From a virus: a stretch of 64,000 nucleotides of DNA. The stretch lies in IMG/VR virus record IMGVR_UViG_3300047160_006395, positions 39,398 to 103,397 of that record. The stretch is one strand, 5' to 3'. The translations under genes and the position numbers were made by a program. Shown piece by piece: positions 40,329 through 46,700 of the stretch. Positions within the stretch are counted from its first letter, which is position 1. Each line of letters opens with the position of its first letter. Under the pieces are notes generated by a model. That model saw only the letters and a program-made list of their open reading frames with translations, searched no databases and was not told the origin of the DNA.

Positions 40329-41462
40329 TTATCGCCGCCGTCGCTTCCGCCGCCCCCTGCCTCTTCTCCGTCTTCTGCTCATCGGCTGCGAGTTAGCATC
40401 CGCGATCGCTTCCGCAACCGTGATCGGATCCTTGTAGATTGGCGTCATGACTACCGGCGAGTACGGTGATTCGCCCCTGACCCACGCGTGTATCGCATCC
40501 AAGGTCGGGGAAGACTTGGGGACCGACGTTCCGTTGACAACCAATCCCGGGCGTGTCGGTCCATGAGCTTTCAGCTCATTCGATACCGGCGCAGGCGGCG
40601 GCTCAGGAGAAGGAGGCGGCGGTTCCACAGGCGGCGGCTCCGGGGGAGCCTGATCAGAAGGCGGCAAGTCAACAGGCTTCTTTGCCCATCGACCGCCATG
40701 CACACCAGGCCCCTTCGGAGCTTTGTACGAATGCTGATTCTTATAGCGACCAGGATTCGCAAAACTCTCCCGATCTTCCGGGTCCTTGGCTCTGCTGCGG
40801 GCTCGAGACTCCTTCTTGGCCTTCGCGCGGTACGCTTTCTTCTCCTCTTCATTCATGCCGACCATGGCATTCCGCGTGATCGCAGCTCGGCGTGCCTGCA
40901 ATGACAGCAGTTTCTTTTCCTTTGGCACGGGCGCCGGCGCGTCTTCCACTGGTGGTGCGGCCGGCGGTGGTGGTGCCGCAGCTGGTGGCGCCTGTGGCGG
41001 CGGCGCGGCCGGTACAACTGGTGGCGGCATGGACTGACGCGCATGATCGGGCGTCGGCTTGGCTCGCGTCTCTCCGAGGGGCACATCCCATCTCTCGGAA
41101 GTCGCGGCTTCTCGCATACGCTCACGGGTACGTGAGGTATAGTTCGGGGTTTCCGGCAGGTCAGGAAACGGCTGGGCTACCAGCGGTTCCTGCGTCGCCG
41201 ATTGCGGCGGCTCCGGCGTGGGCATCGGTTTGGCTGGCTCCGGTACGGGCGCCGACTCCGCTTGAACATTAACGCCAGCATCCGGACCGGATGCCAAGAC
41301 CTGCTGTTCTTGCTGGTCAAAAACGAGTATCAGGTCCACAACGGTATCAGCTTCGATCTCGATCGAGCTGACCGCGATCTCACTATCTTTGAGCGAGACG
41401 CTTCGTAATTCGGAGCCATCGGCTCCGACGAGTCTGACACGGACATTTCGAGCCGCAGCCAT
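40329..41462 (-). CDS. Pro-rich, basic low-complexity accessory protein
   Basis: 377 aa; AAGGAG RBS; own promoter and terminator; Arg-rich C-terminus. Confidence 0.65.
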   Translation of the reverse strand: MAAARNVRVRLVGADGSELRSVSLKDSEIAVSSIEIEADTVVDLILVFDQQEQQVLASGPDAGVNVQAESAPVPEPAKPMPTPEPPQSATQEPLVAQPFPDLPETPNYTSRTRERMREAATSERWDVPLGETRAKPTPDHARQSMPPPVVPAAPPPQAPPAAAPPPPAAPPVEDAPAPVPKEKKLLSLQARRAAITRNAMVGMNEEEKKAYRAKAKKESRARSRAKDPEDRESFANPGRYKNQHSYKAPKGPGVHGGRWAKKPVDLPPSDQAPPEPPPVEPPPPSPEPPPAPVSNELKAHGPTRPGLVVNGTSVPKSSPTLDAIHAWVRGESPYSPVVMTPIYKDPITVAEAIADANSQPMSRRRRRGRGRRKRRRR

Positions 41463-41530
41463 TGGATACTCCTTTGTGCGGGCACGATGTTGTAGGTCAG
41501 GGCAGCATCAAACGTATAATGCTCCTCATC

Positions 41531-41562
41531 GATGTATGACACGAAATATCAGCTTCCTTTAG
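41531..41562 (-). promoter_or_regulatory. putative phage promoter CTAAAG-N16-GTCATACA
   Basis: minus strand reads GCTAAAGgaagctgatatttcgtGTCATACATC. Confidence 0.65.
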
Positions 41563-41620
41563 CTCATCCCTAACACCGAAAGTGAGAAAGTCAAGCTAGT
41601 AGGCAAGAGCGCACGGTGAG

Positions 41621-41680
41621 CTTGCTACGGTTTGCTACGGTTTGCTACGCCTTGTGTCGCTTCGTGTCGCTCACTGTCGC
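41621..41680. repeat. six phased 10-bp direct repeats (3x TTGCTACG, 3x TGTCGC)
   Basis: cttgctacgg tttgctacgg tttgctacgc cttgtgtcgc ttcgtgtcgc tcactgtcgc. Confidence 0.8.
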
Positions 41681-41697
41681 TAATTGGCACAGTTTGA

Positions 41698-41729
41698 TGG
41701 CTAAAAAAAGGGGTGAACGGCCCCCTTTT
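41698..41729 (-). terminator. intrinsic terminator with TTTAGCCA tail
   Basis: AAAAGGGG/CCCCTTTT stem then a T-run and AGCCA. Confidence 0.6.
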
Positions 41730-41732
41730 CCG

Positions 41733-42170
41733 CAGAGCATGGAAGCACCATGTTGCATGATCGGCTCGCTAGACCGATCGCCCTGTGGTCATGTTACAGG
41801 TAGCTTGGCCGTGGTTCTTCCACGGTTGAGCAACTGCCTCTGGGTATTTCGCCCATCGTAACGTGGGCGCGGACGCCGCCGTACCGGCACCTTCTCGCTA
41901 GTTCAAACTCACGTTCAACAATCACAGGAGGGAAGAAAAAGCCGGCGAGAGGACGTGAAGGGTGTTCCACCGACCGTCCCCACGCCGGCAACAGACACGA
42001 CTGAAGGAGTCGCCTCGCAGGGACGATTATCCGCGAGACTGGGGTAACATCCAGTACCCGTGAGCAGTCGTGCTGTGTAAGGCAGGGCGACCCACGACCG
42101 GCTCATGCAAACCGAAGTTGGTAGGCTTGGGCTTTTTGAACAGGAGCAGGTCGCCCTACACTTATATTTG
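41733..42170 (+). ncRNA. putative structured non-coding RNA (~440 nt), family unknown
   Basis: no credible ORF; series of stems with G-U pairs possible only in plus-strand sense; 9-bp long-range pairing 42084-42092 with 42149-42157. Confidence 0.55.
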
Positions 42171-42194
42171 ACGGGAAACGGGCCGAAGTTTAGT

Positions 42195-42449
42195 TCAAAC
42201 TTTCCAAGCAAAGTCTTCGATTCGCTTGGGTTTGAGCGTGTCGACTTTGACACGGTCGAGACCAAGGTTGGACAGGACCTGATTGAAGTTTGCGTCTTTC
42301 GCGTGGGCTACTGTGACGTGAGTTCCGTCGGGAGCGCCCACCCACTCCACGGCGACGGCCAGCGGTGTTCCGTTCGCGCTCTTGACAATCAAACGAGTGG
42401 CCGGGATAACCTGCGGCCGGCCCAGCCCGTCGATGATCTCCAGGATCAT
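42195..42449 (-). CDS. hypothetical protein
   Basis: 84 aa; ATGA overlap with the upstream gene. Confidence 0.65.
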   Translation of the reverse strand: MILEIIDGLGRPQVIPATRLIVKSANGTPLAVAVEWVGAPDGTHVTVAHAKDANFNQVLSNLGLDRVKVDTLKPKRIEDFAWKV

Positions 42450-43201
42450 GAAGCACCGTTCCTGAGTGACCGGGACAGGGCAGCCATGGCGGCTGCCTTG
42501 CTGCGAACTTCACGCAGCGAATCAAGCGAGTATTCCTGCCCGACATCGAATGACCGCCGGCTGCCTTCTTCCATCAGGTCGGAAAGGCTGCTGATGGCAG
42601 AGCCTGCCTTGGTGCCGCCGCCGATCGGACCTTGATCGGCGGTCAGCGGCGGGATCGGGCCAGGGCCAGCTGGCGCTCCCCCACCGCCGCCACCGGCACC
42701 ACCAGCTTCTGCTCCCTGAATATTGGCGCCGCCACCGCCGGCCTGAGCCTGCTCTTGCTGGGCCTGCTGCATCATCCCCTGATCGGGAGGCGGGCCAACC
42801 ACGATCGAAGGCGGTACCTGGACATTCATGGCTTCGCAGAGCTTCACCAGCAGGAACTGGATCGTCCAGAGCTTGGTATCGAGAAGCTGCTGCTCGGCTT
42901 TCTTGCCGCCACCCTTACCATGCATGCCGCCTTCGCCGCCACCGCCCGCAGCGTGAACGGCATGAGCCACCTGGGCCAGCATCGCCGGATCGACTGGCCC
43001 AGGTGGGGGCGCCGGTGCGCCGCCAGCGCCAGCTGCCATTGGATCAGGTATCGCCGCGCCTGGTGCGCCACCGCCGCCGGCGCCGGGGTCGGGCGGTTGC
43101 GCAGTCTTCTCCATATCGCCGTCGTCATCCAGTACGCCTTGGCCAACTCGCCATCTTGCAACGGCCCGTAGATGTGGGTTCAGAAGCGGTGTCACAGCCA
43201 T
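42446..43201 (-). CDS. Gly/Pro-rich putative head protein
   Basis: 251 aa; MEKTAQ motif; AAGGA RBS. Confidence 0.65.
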   Translation of the reverse strand: MAVTPLLNPHLRAVARWRVGQGVLDDDGDMEKTAQPPDPGAGGGGAPGAAIPDPMAAGAGGAPAPPPGPVDPAMLAQVAHAVHAAGGGGEGGMHGKGGGKKAEQQLLDTKLWTIQFLLVKLCEAMNVQVPPSIVVGPPPDQGMMQQAQQEQAQAGGGGANIQGAEAGGAGGGGGGAPAGPGPIPPLTADQGPIGGGTKAGSAISSLSDLMEEGSRRSFDVGQEYSLDSLREVRSKAAAMAALSRSLRNGAS

Positions 43202-43289
43202 GGTTCACATCCTTGTTAGATAGATCCAAGCGGGTGCCCTAGCGTTCATTATCTTAGCGTTGATTGCCTTGTGCGAGCAACGACTGGAA

Positions 43290-43320
43290 CTAAAGTTCGA
43301 GCCATTTCTCGTCATATAAG
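43290..43320 (+). promoter_or_regulatory. putative phage promoter CTAAAG-N15-GTCATATA
   Basis: CTAAAGttcgagccatttctcGTCATATAAG, 60 nt upstream of the plus-strand gene. Confidence 0.7.
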
Positions 43321-43379
43321 GATGATGAGCAGCCTATTTCTGTGCTGCCAGGAACTTCCCCAGGAATAGGACTACTGAC

Positions 43380-43646
43380 ATGACGACGTTCCAGGAACTG
43401 ATCACCCTGCCCAAGCACTGCAAGGCCATAGCCTGGTGCAACGCACCCGGCAAGGAGGCCGTATGTCTCACGTTCCGCACCCATCTCAGACACGGGCAAT
43501 TCCCCAACCCCGGGGAATGGGTACCGGCACGGGAGCACCATCACGGAGTGCTGGTCGCCGATACGCCCGAAGCCGCCCGCGCGGTCAAGGAATGGATCGA
43601 GCGGACCAAGCGGGCGTACAAGGCGTCGATATGGTCGCTTCCTTGA
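43380..43646 (+). CDS. hypothetical protein in an inverted accessory cassette
   Basis: 88 aa; fills the intergenic gap; flanked by a matching promoter and terminator. Confidence 0.7.
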   Translation: MTTFQELITLPKHCKAIAWCNAPGKEAVCLTFRTHLRHGQFPNPGEWVPAREHHHGVLVADTPEAARAVKEWIERTKRAYKASIWSLP

Positions 43647-43655
43647 AGTGCTTGA

Positions 43656-43704
43656 AAGGATGGGCGTGGCTTCGGCCCGCCCATCCTTCCTTTTTCTTTA
43701 GCTA
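43656..43704 (+). terminator. intrinsic terminator (cUUCGg loop) with TTTAGCTA tail
   Basis: AAGGATGGGCG...ggcTTCGgcc...CGCCCATCCTT then TTTTTCTTTAGCTA. Confidence 0.8.
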
Positions 43705-46700
43705 TCAGCGATCCGCCACGATCTCGACCGGCTGATCGACGTTGATCTCGCCGCGACGATAAGCAGCCAGAGCATCGGCCTTGGTGGCAAAGACCCGCGG
43801 CCGCTTGTTGGATCGTGTGGATGACGCTGCATACAAACCAGCCGCATATTCTCTGGATGGTAATTGATGTGCCTTAAAAGAGCTAGTGCTCATTAGGTTG
43901 CGAGAAGGCAGCATCTTCTCGTAGGCGTCCCTGACCGCCTCGTCGGTGACCGGAACGTGGTACTGCATGGCATCGCCATCGAAGTCAGCACCGAAGCCGG
44001 TTACGATCATCGGCGAAACGTGCAGGGTCTCACCTTGCTCCAACCGGGGCCGGAAAGCCATGATCCCATACCGGTGATGCACCGGGGCCCGGTTGATGAT
44101 CACCGGCCGGGCATCCATCTCGGTCACCATGGCCTCGCGGGCCACCGGCTGGCGGTCTCTGACGGCCCGTACGGCGTCGATGCGGTTCATGCCACGTCGA
44201 ACCAGCCGGCGAACGATGAAAGGCTGGTAGACGTCCCAGGCCCTGTTCTCGGGCAAACCAACCTGGTCCATGTCGAGATCCGGGTTGGGCACGATCGTCG
44301 CTCGGCCGACCAGATCGGTCGCACTGGCCAGCAGCTTGCGCTGGACCATGCCCGTCTTGGGGCTGTTGCCAAAGATCTGCTTGAGCACGCCCCGAACGCC
44401 CCGCTCGCGATTCTTGGGATGCAGCGGATCACCCAGCCCGGTGACTGCCTTGAGGGCGCCGTAGTGGGCAGCCCGCTCTTCCGAGATGTCGCTAACCCGG
44501 CCCGACATGTCTTTGAGATTATCCCGGGCTTCGATAAGTTCCTTGTAGAGATAGTTGGCATCGGCAACCATGGGCAGCTTGCTGCCGGCCATTGTTGATA
44601 CGGGCCGGAAAACGGGCGGCAGCACTGGCGCCCGATCGAGCATCCAGTCACGAGGATGCAGCCCATGCTTCTGGGCTGTCTTCAGAAAGCCGAGCTTGCG
44701 CACGGCTGCGTCCCGCGCTCCCTTGCGACCAGAACGAATGTCAGCACGGGCTTCGTCGATCGCCTTGTCGATGTCAATCTTGTCCAGCGCCTTGGCGATG
44801 GCGTCAGGCCCGGTACGGCCGTTGAGCTGCTCCTTGCCGGTCATGACATCCATGAACTTATTCTGGGTTAGGCCCAGCATCCGGCGGATCGGCTCTTCCA
44901 TGACAGGATTGGGCAGCGGCTCGGCCAGCCTGATCGCCGACCATCTGTTACCGCCGTGTCCGCCCGTCAGCGCCTCATCGAATAGCCCGCCCTTGAGCGG
45001 CTTGAGCCCGGTCTTCCAGTCCACTGTATCGCCGTGTGCGATCTCGCGGTCGCCAGCCAGCTCGTTGACGTCGTTGTTCGATAGAGCCATGACATTCAGC
45101 TTGGTGCCCTTGCGAACCACGTTGATGCCGCCGGCCTTGAGCAGGTTCTGGAACTTGTCATAGATCATGGGCGTCTTGGGCGTCGGCATCGGCTGGCCCG
45201 CCATGAACTGCTGCCAGAATTCAGGGTGCGCCTGACCCCGGACGGCGCCGGCATCACGAAGCACCTCGGTGGCGCCATGTGATAGCAGGGCGTTGATGTC
45301 CATCAGGGAGATCCGCTTCGAGCCAGCTTCACCGCCACGGGCAGGAGCGCCTTCCGCAGTATATCCGCCCGTGCCACGGCCCTGGCCCTTCGACTCGCTG
45401 GTATGGTGCAGCTTCATGAACCAGCGGTTGCCAGTGAGGATGCGGGGGATGTCCCGGTTGGCAACTGGATCGTGGATCGTCTCGGCCGACTTCATACCGT
45501 TCTTGGTCAGTTCCTGGATGACCCACTCGGTATAGTTCCGGTCGTTGACAAAGTCAGGAACACGGTAGGGCTTGCCCGTCTTTTCAGCGATCTTGCCCAG
45601 AGCGGCTTCCATCTTCTGGGCCGGGTTCGCTCGAGTGATGATACCCAGCGGGTTCACGAGCACCTCGAAGGGCCGGCCCTGGCTATCGTGCGGCATCTTG
45701 TGATCCGGGACGATGGCCGCGACGACGCCTTTGTCGCCGTAACGCCCGGACATCTTGTCGCCAACCTCCATCGGGTTCAGGCTCTTGACTGAGACGACGA
45801 TGCCCTTGGCTGTCTTCTCGACATCGGTGACTTCACCCGGAGCGTGATGGTTCCAGGTCTCTGAATGATCGGCCCAGGATGCCGAGCGGCCGCGACTGAT
45901 GGCGCCGTGAGTTCGCTCTCGTTCCTTGACGGCCAGGATCAGCGGATCGCCGTGGTTGACGATCGTGCCCGGCTTGACCACACCCTCGTGGTCGATCGTG
46001 CTGAGCATGTTGCGGTCATACTTGCCAGGAAAGATCGAAACATGAGCGTGCTTGCCAGCCTTTATCCCTTCCTCCATGTCGAGCGAGTGCTGGTACATGT
46101 GCTCCGAAGACAACCGCTTGGCCATCGACTCGCTGATGACGGTCGCATCCTCGAAGTTGAGCCCGTGGTACGGGATGTAGGCTACGCGGGCATTCTGGCC
46201 CAAAGCAGCGACGCCCTTCTCATCGGTATAGTTGGACCGGGCCAGTAGATCACCAGGAGCAACCTTGTCTCCTACTCCGACTACAGGAGTCTGGTGTATA
46301 TAGGTCTTCCGGTTGTAGGGATAGTTCACGTATAGTTCGTGCGTGTGTACTTTCCCGTCGCTGCCCCGGATCTTGATGACCCCGTTGGCTTTGTCCACTG
46401 CCGTCACGGTGCCGCCGGTATCACTGTGCAGAGCACCCATGTAACGACCGTAGCGGGCTTCGTAGCTGTCGGTGTCGCTGCCCCTGACGCCAGCCTGCAC
46501 CAGTGGGGACTGTGGATCTTTCAGCGGCAGGGCCTGAGTGATCATACGGCCGGCCATGACCGCGCGCTGGGCCTTGCCGGTCGACTTGGCCGGAACCAGG
46601 TTGCCGATGGCGCTGAAGGCGTCGTCCATCGAGGGTAGTTCGTACTGTACCTGCGACCTCGGTACTTCGCGGATCTTGCCAGCAACCAGCGCCGAGACGT

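Noticed and set aside
41709-42190. tmRNA (GGGGTGAACGG resembles a tmRNA 5' end) or RNase P RNA
   Set aside because: That sequence is one arm of a terminator hairpin; no T-arm/CCA 3' end and no RNase P conserved boxes were found.
41616-42265. Short ORFs 41616..41861, 41794..41991 and 41915..42265 as genes
   Set aside because: No convincing RBS, atypical composition, and mutual overlap; the region is better explained as structured RNA.
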